NCBI GenBank assembly: GCA_010015805.1 | Contig: ML978123.1 | Location: 1,550,001 to 1,614,000, forward strand | Direction: 5' to 3' | Length of the DNA stretch: 64,000 nt | Source: Rhizodiscina lignyota | Taxonomy: Eukaryota | Shown: positions 10,719-24,653 of the stretch, piece by piece | Position numbering within the stretch: the stretch's first letter is position 1 | How the letters are laid out: every line of letters starts with the position of its first letter | Program-made: the position numbers and the translations under genes | Notes under the pieces: generated by a model | The model's database searches: none | What the model saw: only the letters and a program-made list of their open reading frames with translations | Told to the model about the DNA's origin: nothing

Positions 10719-13330
10719 TTATGCGCCACCACCACCACCCCTTCGCCTTAACTCAACCCTCTCCTTATGTTGCCTATTGTTCAGATGCGTCTTGAAGTTG
10801 TCCACGCTCAACTCCGGACCAGCGGTGTAAAGCTTTCCGGGGCAGTCAATGCACCTGATCCTTGGGAGCCACATGAACTTGACGTTATCAGGCGGCCTAC
10901 CATCAGGCTTCATCATCTTGCCCTCTAATTTGACCTGCGCATTCGTGTCTCGGTCCATTGCCGAGTAACGCATTGTTGCCTCAAAGAGATCGGCGGGATA
11001 TTTGGTCTGGAGGTCGGCGAGGGCTTGAGTGAGCCAAGGAGGTGGAGGAGCCTGTTTTGCGAAAGAAATTAGCATGGTATATGGAGAAGGGTGGACGGCA
11101 CCGAGTTGATGGTTGATCCGAGTCATGTTGCTCGGGAGAAGGAAACGGTATCACTGACTGAAGTAGCAGGTTGCGGGTACGGTGCATCCGCTCGGCCATC
11201 CGGATAGTACTGCATGTTCTGACCATTCACCTCCGCAGTTCCTGCCGCAGTCGACATTGGCGTCTGACCTTGCGACGCGCTCTCGGTTTTCACATTATGA
11301 TGGCTCGGGGCAGGCGATGGCGTTGGGTTCGAGGTCGGCAGCGCGCTATTACTCTGGCGTGGAGTGTTCATCTGACTCTGCGACCCCGTTAGACCCGATG
11401 TTGGCGCCAGCCGACCAGGGCCTGGAGATTGTTGGTTGGGGAACTCGCCAGTAGGGCGCCGCTTGCCCATGTTTTGCAGGAACCGTCGGAACCTCTCCTT
11501 GCCGATGCGCAGCTTGACAATGAGCTTCTCGGGCGCCAGACTCTCTTCACGCCCAGGCGTCTCCATGACGCCGAATCTTCGCGCCGACGTACGCGTTTCG
11601 TGGTGGTGAAGAGATGAGATCTCTGGAGTCGCAGATCGGCCCAAATTGGCGCGCATTGCTTGTTGCGCCGCGTTCGCTGCACCTCGCATCGTTCGCTGTC
11701 GTGCGGTGCCACCCAGCTGCATCGTCGCTGGTGAATCTGGGCCTGACTCTTCGCTATCCGATTCATCGGAATCGTCACCATCCAAGCGACCAGTCGTGCG
11801 CCTGCTACGACCCGACGTTCTGGAGAGCTTGAACAATCTGCTGTTCTCGATCGAATCTGCTGCTCCAGGCAGAACGGAGGACACAACCATAGTGCGCACA
11901 GTTCTTGCTCGGTCTTTCAGATCCGGTAATGCTGGCCCACCACGTCGAGTTACTGATCGCTTCTGTCGCCGTTGTTCACGTAGGATTGAGAGCTCTTCAC
12001 GCTGAAGATCGGACTCGGTCAATTCATAGAGATACGGCGCGTACTCTTTCGCAGACTGCGCCGGCCTGAAAATACTCGGTAAAGGTGATGGAAGAAAGCC
12101 ATCACGCACATCTGCATCTTCGATTGGCCTCCCGTCGAATGGATGGCCTGTAATGTACAGGCTTCGGGTGAACATTTGGCATTGCTCCCGAATGGAGTGC
12201 GCGATGGCAGTCGTGAATTCACCAGACAGTGACATTTCCCATGCCATCTGTCTCGCAAACTCTTCCGGATTGTTGAGCGGGTTGTTGATCTCCCATTCAA
12301 ACTGGTCCACGAGCGTGTGCTGGCCGATTGTGATGTTGAGCTTGATCAGAATCCGCATTTCGTCGTTCTTGTATGCAGAGTATGGTAGATGTGGATCCAA
12401 CGGTTCCTCGTCGATGAAAACGTGAGGGTAGAAATCCTGAATCTGCTCTCTGATCTCGCCAGTGATTTGATGAACCAGTCCTGCGCTGATCTCTGGAGGT
12501 ACCTTGAAGTCCTCCACGAGAGCTTCTGCAAACAGTTCGGGAGCCACTACGCGGTCGTGGAGATTCCATGTAAAGGTATCTCGAAGCTTTAGCTTCTCCA
12601 TCTCAATGTCCAGTCGCACAGGAACGAGTTCTTCTAGCTGCTCGGCCTGCATTGCTGTCTCCTTGCGCGGGATTCGTAGTTCTCGTGCTCTTCGATGTCC
12701 AGCACGCCTTCGATCATGAGGATATACAACGCCTGGCTTGCCTTCTGTCTTGCCATTTCCGAAGCCATTGAAGCCTTTGCCATATATCTCCGACGCCATC
12801 ACGAAAGGATTCATCTTGCGCTGATCGAGAACAGCTTTGTAGTGGTTGAATTCCTGTTGCTTGGCTGTGAACATTCGCCGTGTCTCTTCTGCTTGGTCGT
12901 TCATGGCAACTGCATGGATCTGATCGCGAAAGATGTACTCCTGAAGCAAATACTCTTGTAAGTCGGGTTGAGGTTCTCTCGACGCGTCGTTCTGTGACGG
13001 AGTGGATGCGGGCTTTCGGGATCCCGAGCGAGATCGCTTTCGAGATAAGAGCACACCATTGACTGCGTTGCCGGCCGATGAGGGTCGCGACTGGTCGTCG
13101 TTTTCTTGGCCGAAAGCGACGCCGGCGGCAGCCATTACCGCCTTTGCCTTTTCCTTGCCCTCCGAGATCGCGTCTCTGGAGTCGGAGGTGCCATTCGGCC
13201 CACCGTCACCGTGTGTAACATCATGGCTATTGGCGACTTCTGAGCTGGCGACGCCGTTGCTGTTCTGGGACACTGGCGCGGACTGGGCTTGGAAGGCGGC
13301 GCTAGAAGAGGAGGACGATGGGGATTGCAT
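10719..13330 (-). CDS. SNF5: SWI/SNF complex subunit Snf5
   Basis: SNF5 repeats LVPVRLDIE..KLRDTFTWN and RILIKLNITIGQHTLVDQFEWEINN..PEEFA...LSGEFTTAIAHSIREQ. One intron at about 11158-11053 joins a C-terminal exon. ATG at 13330. Confidence 0.93.
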
Positions 13331-14507
13331 TGTATACGCGGGCACGCGCCGTGTGAGAGGTGATCACAGGTCGCGAGTAGAGCAGCGCGCGAATGCCCAA
13401 GGCCACAGCATGGAGGCTCTGCGAAAGTCAGCATGGTGGAAGAGCAAGTCGCGTCGGCGAAGCGCTCGGCTGAGGGTGCTGGGTAAGGAGGTGGGAGGGC
13501 GAAGGGCGCGCCATCAAAAACACAGCAAACAACGGAGAGTCCATCGCGCTTGAAATGAAGGATGGGATGAGGAGACGTACCGGGCAGTTTCGCACGCGCT
13601 TCCTCGTGAATGGAGCGTGTCTGAATCTGGGGCTGCCTTGGGACTTCTGGAACGCCAGGCGCCGGGCGCGGAGAAGCCGATGGGGAGAAGCAGTTCAGGC
13701 TCCGCTCCACCAAGCACCGTATCGGCAGTGTAGAGCACGATGAGAGCAGCGGAAGTGAGCCTATCGGAAGGGCGGAACAGAGAGGGAGGGCACGGAGGGG
13801 TTGTACAGCTGTATGAGTCGAGCGGCCAATATGTGTTGCGGATTGTCTGGGAGAAAGCGGCGGAAACGAAGAGCGGCTGGGCGCTTCGAAATCAAGTTTG
13901 CAGAGCTAACCCCATGCATCGTGGCGAGAGGGCAGCGCGGGCAGCGCGCAACGGACGCAGTAATTCACTTTCTACGCAGCATACATGCCATTTCTTCGTC
14001 TCGAGCACAAGCAAATATCGCGCCCTTCTCGGCGCTGCAAATTCCGGCAGCTTATTGCCTGAGACCTTTGTTCTCACCTGGCCGCACCACTGCGGCACGT
14101 GATGCGTCATTAAAAATAGACTAGCGTCGCATTCTTCCATTGCTCCTTTCGGGCAATAGCGCTTCTGCCGCCCACGGAGGACTAAGGAGATGCATCTCGC
14201 CTGCCGAATTAATTATCACTCCACGCGTCCGCATCTCTGATCTCGCTTCCTCAGTGTTGCGTAGCTAGCCCCCCAAGGACAGCTGTGGCAGGCCCTTCCA
14301 CCTCACTCATCCTCCCGGCTCGTCACTCAAATCGTCGGCGACCTCGGTGCGTCGGCGACCTCTCATAATTCCATCTCCCATCTTCGCCGAGTTGAGTATT
14401 TACCGTTCACTGTTTATTTAAGTCTGTAGTCTGTGCCGCCTCCTTCTCAGTCAGTCAGTCAATCAATCACTCTCCATACTCTAAAGCCACCCATTCATCG
14501 AGGCATC

Positions 14508-14851
14508 ATGTGCAAGCCGTCAACCTGCGACTCCTGCCGTAAGTAGTCTGGTTCAGCTAGGGTGTACACTTGACAGCCGTTGCTAACGATGCATTCTATT
14601 AGAGAAGAGGACATGGTGGGGATGTGGTAAACACGTCAGTATTCCGCGGGCCAGATAAACCTGTCTCTATTAAATTCTGACCTTCCTCTCTGCAGGTTCC
14701 CGGGGTCATGAACAAGGTGGACAAGACCGAATGGTGCACATGCACTCCAAAGGTCGAGAAGGAAGGCACCGAGTCTGTCCAAGAGGCCCAGACAAAGATA
14801 CAATAGCTGATGATTTGTAGATACCCGCCGATGGGAACGACGCCCGATTGA
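14508..14851 (+). CDS. 56-aa Cys/His-rich microprotein; 4 exons: 14508-14538, 14603-14634, 14696-14772, 14821-14851
   Basis: Splicing three GT..AG introns with branch-like sites (GCTAAC, CTGAC, GCTGAT) gives MCKPSTCDSCQKRTWWGCGKHVPGVMNKVDKTEWCTCTPKVEKEGTEYPPMGTTPD* in frame. Absent from the ORF track. Confidence 0.85.
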
Positions 14852-15759
14852 CTAGCGATGCTGAAGTGTTGGTAGCGTCCGTCGGCGTTATCAGTGGAGC
14901 TTGATAGGAATAGGGGAACGTCGAAGAGATGCGAAATCCAGGACCTGGCGGTTGCACCTTGATCAACCTGTAATGATAATAGCCTCTTTCTATGTTACTT
15001 TCAGTCTGCAACGACTTTCGAACAGATATTCCAATCCCCGTTTCATTCACTCCTTAGGCTTTCTTAGCTAGAGTGCACGGAAATTCTGGGAGCAGAGTTC
15101 TTGAGACGACAGTTGGATACACCATACGCTTCTACCAGTGACGTATGCATTTGCTTCATCTGCAGCACACGTACATATAAGCTAGAGTTCCCGGGCGCTT
15201 CCTCCGGCGCTGGACCGTTGCCGGCTAGATGAGCTGCGACGTAGTTCAAACATTCAGCCAGCCGTGTACAGTTCCTGCAGATGTTTCATGATCATGGCCG
15301 TTCGAAGCTCGGATGACTTCACTCCTACAGCTCCGACGAGGCTGGAAGGCAAGCAGGATGAATCCGAGCTTAGCCGGCAGAGGGGGCCACTATAAATGGT
15401 GAGCTATAGCACGAATTAACGTCGTGTGGCTGGTTTGATGGCTCTCATTCGGGGACACTTGAAACACGCGGACGTGGTTCAGCAGACGACGATTTGCGAG
15501 TCGAGTGCATGTCAGCGCCTGCAGGTACGTCTGGCCGTCTGATGGAGGGCCACAGGGCTGCACGCTTCACACTGGCCCTCGCACGGTGACGGGCGTACAA
15601 TCACATCGGTGCAATGTGAACCCTGTGCTGTTGGTGAGGTCCGAGTCCAGCCTATCACGATGATTGGCGCGAAGCGCGCATCGTCGGGCGGCTAGAAGAT
15701 GGGCCCTGGCGATAATAATAATGATGGAGTGACCGTTTCTGCGGCCACCTAGACAATGC

Positions 15760-16827
15760 GACGATCCACCGCACTGTACTTCAGACCGTCATCTTTTCTA
15801 CTTCTTTTTGTATCCTGAAAGCCACCGTCGCGAGAATAAAGACACTGAGCGAGAGCGAACGCCTTTGACCTGACTCGTCGCCCAAAGACCCCGCAGCTGC
15901 CCTCCCTCAGCTATCCTCATCCGTGAGCAACGAAGGTACTAAATCGCCCTCTCCCCTTTCATGCTGCGGTGCTCTGGATGATTCCTCTGACGATCATATG
16001 GAATGCTCATTTTCTGAAGATCCACCACTAACAGAGCCGTTCCTCGGCCAGTTCCAGAGCCTCAATCCTCCCGCTGGAAAGGGCAAGCTACAGGCCCAGA
16101 CCGCTACGCCATCCTCGACTCCTCCAATCCCACACACCCCATACCCCACCATACTCAGACTTTGTGTGCTGGTATCCGTATTCGAAGCATATTCACGCGT
16201 CCCTCAAGCTTTCCACCCGGATCCTTCCAGCCGAAGCCCCATCGTCTGCCAGCAGAGCGCCATCTACACAAGATATCAAGCACACGGACCAGCTATAAGA
16301 GAGCAAATAAGGTACGCTTAGCTCGGAGAGCCGATTCACGTTGTTCCTACTCCATAGTACACACAAAACCGCTTTCACACTTCACGGGGAACAAGGTGCC
16401 GCGTCACATTCTGCGTCTGAAGCCCCAGCGATACGACCGGGAACAGCGCTTTGTTTGGGTAATTGCTTTGCTCGTACAAGAGCGTTCTGAAGACCAGAGC
16501 CTGGCATCACACAATTGGCACGACCACGCCTATGTATTATAATCTTTTTACGCTTTATTCAGCGCGGAAGCCCGTTCTCGACTGCCTCGATTGTTATTAT
16601 TCGGACTTGGCTAACTCATGCAGCAATAGAACAATAGCACAAATAGCACAATAGCACACCTCGGGTTTTCGACTACAAAGCCTTCCACAACCCTTCAAAC
16701 AACTTAAAATTTCCCACTTCCCACCGACACCTCGAGCTTTGTCACACCACCGCCGAAATCATCCGCCAAAACAGACGGAGTTACAGCGGTTCACTCGGCC
16801 TGGTAACTATTCGCGTAAGGACTTGAG
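15760..16827 (+). other. Probable long 5' leader of the MAPK gene with two UTR introns (15936-16034, 16312-16623)
   Basis: AAG|GTACT...CTAACAG and AAG|GTACGC...GCTAACTCATGCAG. The remaining ~650 nt contain no ATG, while both introns do. Confidence 0.6.
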
Positions 16828-18155
<1,328 letters not shown>

Positions 18156-18700
18156 ATCAAAGGTGCGAGAGTGTCCTGCAAATGATCATCAAGGTTGCGA
18201 GGATTGTGAAGACATTGCCATGCACTATCACGAGGATGCAAGCACACCAAAAACGATACCACTTACCGGGTTTGCATGTTTGGAGCGTTAATGGATGAGC
18301 TGGATTTTTCACATTTGGACGGTCTCAATGGAGAGATTTGAAGCAATCGAAACACGTTGGAAAGGCGGAACACAAGAGCATGTTGTGGTCTCGAAAGGCG
18401 GATGGGTCACTGCACTGTAGCTCGGTTCGGAGCCACATTTCTTTTGTCCACCACCTCACGGAGCCATGTAGATGGTTGGTTCTTTTCTACCCCACTTCGA
18501 TTATGAATGACAAATCGTCTCTTTGCTTAATGATACTGGCTCGTTTTGCGTGGTTACATGTGCGTGCTAAGGGCCCAACTGAGGAGGCGTGCGGAGATGA
18601 AGCAGCGCACACAGCAGGTCTCGCTCATCTCCAATTTCTATTCTTCTTTTCATCAAATTGTCACAAAGATCTTCAATCCATGAAAACAGAGTCCATCTAA

Positions 18701-19665
18701 ATGGAGCTTATACGTCGTGATTCCACGAGAGAGGCTCAGGCCATGGTGTCACTCCCAAAGCTTCGAAGAGTAATCGGTGGTCCTCTACCAATTCGATCCG
18801 AGAGTAAAAAGAACAAGAAGTGCGCTGGCATAGCATTGTAAGTGGTTCAAACCGTTGGAGCGCGAGGAGACTGCTGATCCAAAGTAGCCGTGTCAATAAC
18901 CGCCTTTGCACTCTGTTCCGTCTCCCGCTCGAACTACGACAACTAATATGGAGAGGGGTGGTAGGCAATCGTATCATTAAAATCGACTGCGATCCGGAAA
19001 TATCATTCTTGCAGGGCTACGACATGCACCAACCAAAGTGTATACTTCGAATCGCGTACAACCGCTCTTTACTAGGCTCAAGCAGCTGCTCCCACAAATA
19101 CTTTTTCGGCATGTGCGAAGCACTGCATCCGTACGTTCATTACGGCCTGCTGTGCGAGCGATTGCGAAAGCTCCCGGCGCTCTTTTTCGTATGCAAGCGC
19201 ATCTTCATCGAGGCCGAAGAGGTCCTGTACAGGACCAACACATTCTCCTTCACCGGGCCGCTGGCGCTCGAACGATTCGGGTCATATCTCCAGCGCAGCG
19301 AACTCGGGACAATGCCGCGCAATCGTCTGTCGCGAATCAGAGAAATCCACATCACCGCAAGCCTCAATACGAACTGGGCGTCGCGGTGGTGGAGCTTCCG
19401 CCATTTTACGTGCGGATACGCCTTCAGGAACCTGAAATCCGTACATGTCACGTTTTGGACGAATTTCTTTCGAGATAGTAGTCGCAAGGCGATAGGGGAG
19501 TTGATTCTCGAGACCGAGCTTCTCGGAGCGTTCCCGATGAAGTTTAAAGAGGTGACGTGCACGATTTACGACTATGAGCGCCGGTCGAATATTGTCACGT
19601 TGTTGGAGGTTGCGCAGTGGGCCAGAAAGGTGTTGAAGAAGGAAGAGGAGAATATCCGGGTTTAA
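18701..19665 (+). CDS. Hypothetical protein with F-box-like LFRLPLELRQLIW motif (DUF7730-like)
   Basis: ATG at 18701; intron 18838-18887 restores the frame. Motifs LFRLPLELRQLIW and LFFVCKRIFIEAEEVLYRTNTFSF. Confidence 0.75.
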
Positions 19666-20005
19666 TGTTTACGGTCAGAAGTGCGAAGGGAAGAGCTTGA
19701 AGGATATCTTATGCCAGGATGTACTGTTGCATATCACACACTATGCTCCTAACACTGACAAACATATTTACAAAGAAGTGCATGTGGCTTGTAACGGTGA
19801 GTACCTCTCACTACCCAGGAATTTCATATGACTAAATAACGTGTCGTTATACGTTAGTCCTACCGTCTTTAGTGGTGCTCGGCTACCTAGGCAGCTACAA
19901 CGGCGGTCCACAGATATTATTTCATCTTCTTTCAGATCTCAGTCTCCTTCAATTCTTTTCCATCAAACATTTGACAATCGTAATTGCTATCAATTCTCAT
20001 CCACA

Positions 20006-20998
20006 ATGGCGTCGCTGAAGAATATCAAGTTTCTTGTCATCTCCGACACTCACGACCTCACATTATCATCCGATACTACACAAGCCTTCCGCACACCTGC
20101 TCCAAAAGCGGACGTTGTCCTACATTGCGGCGATATCACGGAGAATGGCTCTTCAGAAAGTTATTGCCGAGCAATAAATCTACTTAGTAATTTAGACGCA
20201 GAGCTTAAGCTTGTCATTGCAGGCAATCATGATATTGATTTAGATCCAACGTGCGTCAGCCAAGCTGAGCATGAGGCCGCTATAAAGGCTCTCACCGGCT
20301 CTACCGCCAAAGACAACGGCATCATCTACCTCACCGAAGGAATACACACCTTCACCCTCTCTAATTCCGCCACGTTCACAATCTACGCCTCTCCGTACAC
20401 CCCACAATACGGAGAATCAGCATTCCAATACCCGTCGTGCGAAGATCGGTACAATCCCTCACACTTGAAGCTGACTCCTGAATGGGCGCAGAATGTAGCA
20501 ACCGCGACGTCGACGATTCCCGACAACGTGCGCATCGACATCGTCATGACACACGGCCCTCCAAAGTACATCCTCGACGAGACGGCGAGCAGAAACTCTG
20601 GAGGCTGCGAGCATCTACGCCGCACGATATGCCGAGTGAAGCCGCTCCTGCACGCATTCGGACATGTGCATCAGGGCTACGGGGCACAGCGGGTTATTTG
20701 GAGACATCCGGTCAGCGAAGTGGCGGACGCGAAAGTTGGGAAGGGGATAGTCGCGGCCGATGATTTTGTAATCGACCCCCAGGCTGCAAACTTAGAAGAG
20801 GACGACATGATTGTTCTCCCTCGAGAGTTCGTGGGCAAGAACTCGGCAAAGAAGAAGAGATTCGCCGCTGTCAACCCCGAAATCACAACAGGTCTTGTCG
20901 AAGGAGAGGGAACATTAATGGTGAACGCGGCCATCAGGGGAGAAGGCGGAGCGTTAAATGCGCCGTGGCTTGTGGAGCTTGCGTTGCCGATAGCGTAG
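20006..20998 (+). CDS. Calcineurin-like metallophosphoesterase (MPPED/239FB-like)
   Basis: All five metal-binding motifs present: ISDTH, HCGDIT, IAGNHD, MTHGPP, FGHVH. Intronless. Confidence 0.9.
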   Translation: MASLKNIKFLVISDTHDLTLSSDTTQAFRTPAPKADVVLHCGDITENGSSESYCRAINLLSNLDAELKLVIAGNHDIDLDPTCVSQAEHEAAIKALTGSTAKDNGIIYLTEGIHTFTLSNSATFTIYASPYTPQYGESAFQYPSCEDRYNPSHLKLTPEWAQNVATATSTIPDNVRIDIVMTHGPPKYILDETASRNSGGCEHLRRTICRVKPLLHAFGHVHQGYGAQRVIWRHPVSEVADAKVGKGIVAADDFVIDPQAANLEEDDMIVLPREFVGKNSAKKKRFAAVNPEITTGLVEGEGTLMVNAAIRGEGGALNAPWLVELALPIA

Positions 20999-21206
20999 AT
21001 TAGGATGTTGGCATTTCCGAGATCTAAATACTCCGTTATCCTCGAAGCAAAGTTTCTGTATCTCGTATATTAAGGTCTCATCTAACAAGTGCTCTCAAGA
21101 TATATCAACTCGACCTTCCAGAGATACTCCTGTTTGTGTTGAATGGCAAAACTCGATTACGCTGTACTTGCTCAATTCATCGTGCGGTGGCGGATACACT
21201 ATTTCA

Positions 21207-23072
21207 TTACGAGGACTTGCCCACCGCAGTTCGCAAAACATCCGTAACCGCGTCTAGATCACCAGGCCAGCTATTCCCAGTTGGAACTCTCCATGCGACG
21301 AATCCATCGGGCCTCACCAGAACAACATCCCGTTCCCATACATCGCGACAGTGCTTTTCCTCTGGAATATGCACTTTTGAGATGGGTATGTCCAAGCTCT
21401 TGGCGGCAGCAAGAAATTGGTCGGCTGTCGAACCGGTTGGAGTGAAATCGACGATTGTGAAACCCGATCCGTACAGATCGAAAATGCTCGTCTTGCCGTC
21501 TTTGAGGAAGACGTGAGGAGCGCGGCTCCCCGGCCATGTCGTCGGTATCAATTCCGTTACACTCTCAGCGGGTTCAGGGACGGCTTGATCAGGCACGATT
21601 ATCGGCGAGCCGTTGTATCGATATCCAATGTAGATTCCGTTCTGTCCGTGGAGCCAGTGTCCTTCAGCAAATTGTGCCTTCAGCCCTTCCCGTATTTTCT
21701 GCGCTTCCTCATCCTCCGCCATTAATCGTTCAGCACCAATGGTGATCGCCGCGGTAAAGATGGGGAGGGCAACTTCATGGGTCGCCTTCTCTACCATCTT
21801 CCGATTCAGCTGCGCAGTCTTTCGTCGTTCAAAGCTGTAGGAGTCCAACAGTGCGTCTCCGCCATAGCCTCGCAAGACGGCAACGAGCTTCCAACTCAAG
21901 CCATAGACATCTTGGATACCCGAATTCATTCCATGGCCGCCGACTGGAGAGAGTTGGTGTGCTGTGGCAATGTGTTAGCACCATCAGCTTCTTGGAATAT
22001 GTGTTCACTGTACCGGCGTCCCCAGCAAGAAGTACGCGCCCCTTTGCTGAACGAAACGACTCTGCAATTGCAAGGTCAGACTTCCACTTGTACTGTGTCA
22101 ATATTTCATCAATGTGGAAATTAAAGGGCTGCCCAAGTCCGCCTAGGGATTGATATATAGCGGTTCGAGGTTCAAGCGCTTCCAATGCCGCGCTCAAATC
22201 AGCATCCGGCGGCACCGATTGCAGGAACGTCCAGGTTTCCCCTTCGTCTTGATTGATCAAAGCTGCTCCGTTCAGGAACATCATGTGCCAGTAGTGGCCT
22301 TGCTGTAAAAGTTTCGAGGCCTCTTTGGACTTGAAATGTACTGACACCGCTTGGAAAGGTCTGCGTCTTGTCAGATAGTGCAACACCTTGAAACAATGCG
22401 GCCGATTCTCTCACAGTGTATCTCTTGGGGATATTATTCCAGCGCTCTTCCGAACTCCGCTGCCACCTCCATCACAGCCAATGAGGTACTTGCTCTTGAT
22501 TTGTATTTCCTTCCCAGCTGGATCAATGACGGTGGCGATCACTGCTTCGTCCTCCTCTTTGAGAGATTTGAACGTGAAACCCCAGCGATCATCTATCAAT
22601 GGCTCGCTTTGTACCACAGACTTCATGAGCGCCTCGAATGTGATCTGGTTCTGTCGCATGTATGGCTCCAGTGGATATGCTCCGTTATTGATCTTGGCCC
22701 ATTTCTGGCGCAACGCTGCTGGAGATTCTCGAGTCTGCGGACTTTGGTCAGTCTCAACCTGGCTAATGCAAATGGAATGATATGAATCACCCATGTATGA
22801 ATCGCCTTGCCGTGTTCACCGTATCCCGTGCTGATTATCTCGTCCAAGTCGAACTGTTCCGGGACCGCCTTTGCCCTTACCCTCTCGAGCAAACCAATCT
22901 GGCGGTGTATTTCCATGGTCCTGTGATTCGACAGTTCCATCTTTGGATAGATCGTCGTCGTGGTGCTCTGCTCGATCAATGTACACCTTTGGCCGAGATG
23001 AGCAAACATGTATGCCGCCATCATGCCAACAGGGCCGCCGCCCACAATCAGAATGTCGATATCGGTATCCAT
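21207..23072 (-). CDS. FAD-dependent aromatic monooxygenase (group A flavoprotein, FAD_binding_3)
   Basis: IVGGGPVG Rossmann motif, IGCDGGGSGVR (DG motif), GRVLLAGDA|..GGHGMNSGIQD (GD motif), C-terminal PGSRAPH..LVRPDGFVAWR thioredoxin-like domain; about 3 introns. Confidence 0.92.
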
Positions 23073-24254
23073 AGCGAAATCTGAAGCTGAAGGAGAGCCT
23101 CGAATCCAAATGCTCTACCTGTATAGAATGAGCGGAGAGTTTTTCTTGAAGGGGAATTAAAAGAGTAGAGCTTAACAATACCCAATTGACTTGTCGTAGA
23201 TACCGGTCTGTCTTTGGTCCTTGATTACGCTTCCTTTATAGAAGAAAATTTCAGCTCTGAATTGAGGGTGAAGAAAATGGAGCCCTAGCGGCCCTAGTAT
23301 GAAGCGGCCGCAGCAGCATTATCATTGACGAAGAAGAGTATTGACCATTTTCCAGTCTTACATCATCTACTCCGTACATCGAGATATGTGGCGTTATGAA
23401 CATCTTCTGCATTGATACCGTATCCTCAATGGGGGCCTTGCACAATGTCTCCTTACAGCCGTAGTATGAATCGGGACCAGGCACCCCAACGATAGAGAGG
23501 TTAGTACTGAGAGCTAGGTAGATGAAGCCCCCAACACTCGGCTCCTACTCGGCTCCCCATTGGATATTAGGAAACAGTGTGCTTCGCCCTCCATACATCA
23601 CCCATTAAAACTACACTGATTACGATATTTTTGTTTGGTCCGATCACTAGTTCGTATTTTCACTAAGGATAACGTTCGCTGCAATTTCCACAGATTTCTT
23701 AGGTTCAGAGTAAACTGGCCGATATGTTGCTCGATTTCTGTCCGTTGATTAATATCTATCCAACAATTCGAGGAGCCGACTTAGCGGCCTCTTCATATCC
23801 CTTCCACTTACAGGACGACGAGAAATGCAGTATCATTTACAGCAGCTTCAATTAATTACAACAAGGGATCCTAAGCTTCTGAATACGGTACTCATTTGAT
23901 TCCAGATAGGGTTGCAAGTATCCCTGATGACATATATTATGTAAGCAGGTAAGCCACATCTCTACATCGTTGGATTCATTGCCGGAGACCGTTCGGAATT
24001 ATCCAATAGCCGCAGTCACAATTTGAACAGAATAATGGCCAACAATGGCTTTATGTCGTTAGTTTTGGCGAGGCTAAAAGCTATGTACCATGTCTCATTC
24101 GTCCAGGACTGGTCCGTATCAAGCTTCGAAGGGTTTTCGAACAGAGTGGTGCACAGTCGCTTGGTCGTTCTCAATTTATCTCTTTATGGTTAGCAGGGCA
24201 AGATAGGGGTTGGTAGCCCTAAGTAACAGTTTTGCGGAGTGAAGTGTTACCGAG

Positions 24255-24270
24255 TAGGGTTAGGGTTAGG
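24255..24270 (+). repeat. Short interstitial telomere-like tract TAGGGTTAGGGTTAGG
   Basis: About 2.7 copies of TTAGGG, ~400 bp upstream of the Pil1-family start. Confidence 0.6.
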
Positions 24271-24653
24271 ATATCACGAGGCTTGGCATTCCTGAGGTCT
24301 CCTATGACGTATGGGGAAAGCTGGAAGCTCGCGGGAACGCGTTCTCGTGCATTTGGTGGTGGTGTGCACGAAGGCACGAGTGACGCCCGACTGCCAGACC
24401 GTTCTGCTAGGCGCCGCCACTATGCTCCTCTCTATTAAATCTTGCTTCTGGCTGAATTGCGCCGCTTCGACTTACTTTCCTGTCTGAACTGTTTCCGGCA
24501 CGCTCTTCAATCCACAGACAATACATACCTCCATTCCCGTGAACGTTCTGCAAGGGGCAAATTCACCGCTGAGCAACTTCAGGCCGAAGACTGACAGAAG
24601 CTGACTGTATCATCCTCGGATCAAGAAAGGCTACCGGAGTGATATCAATCAAA

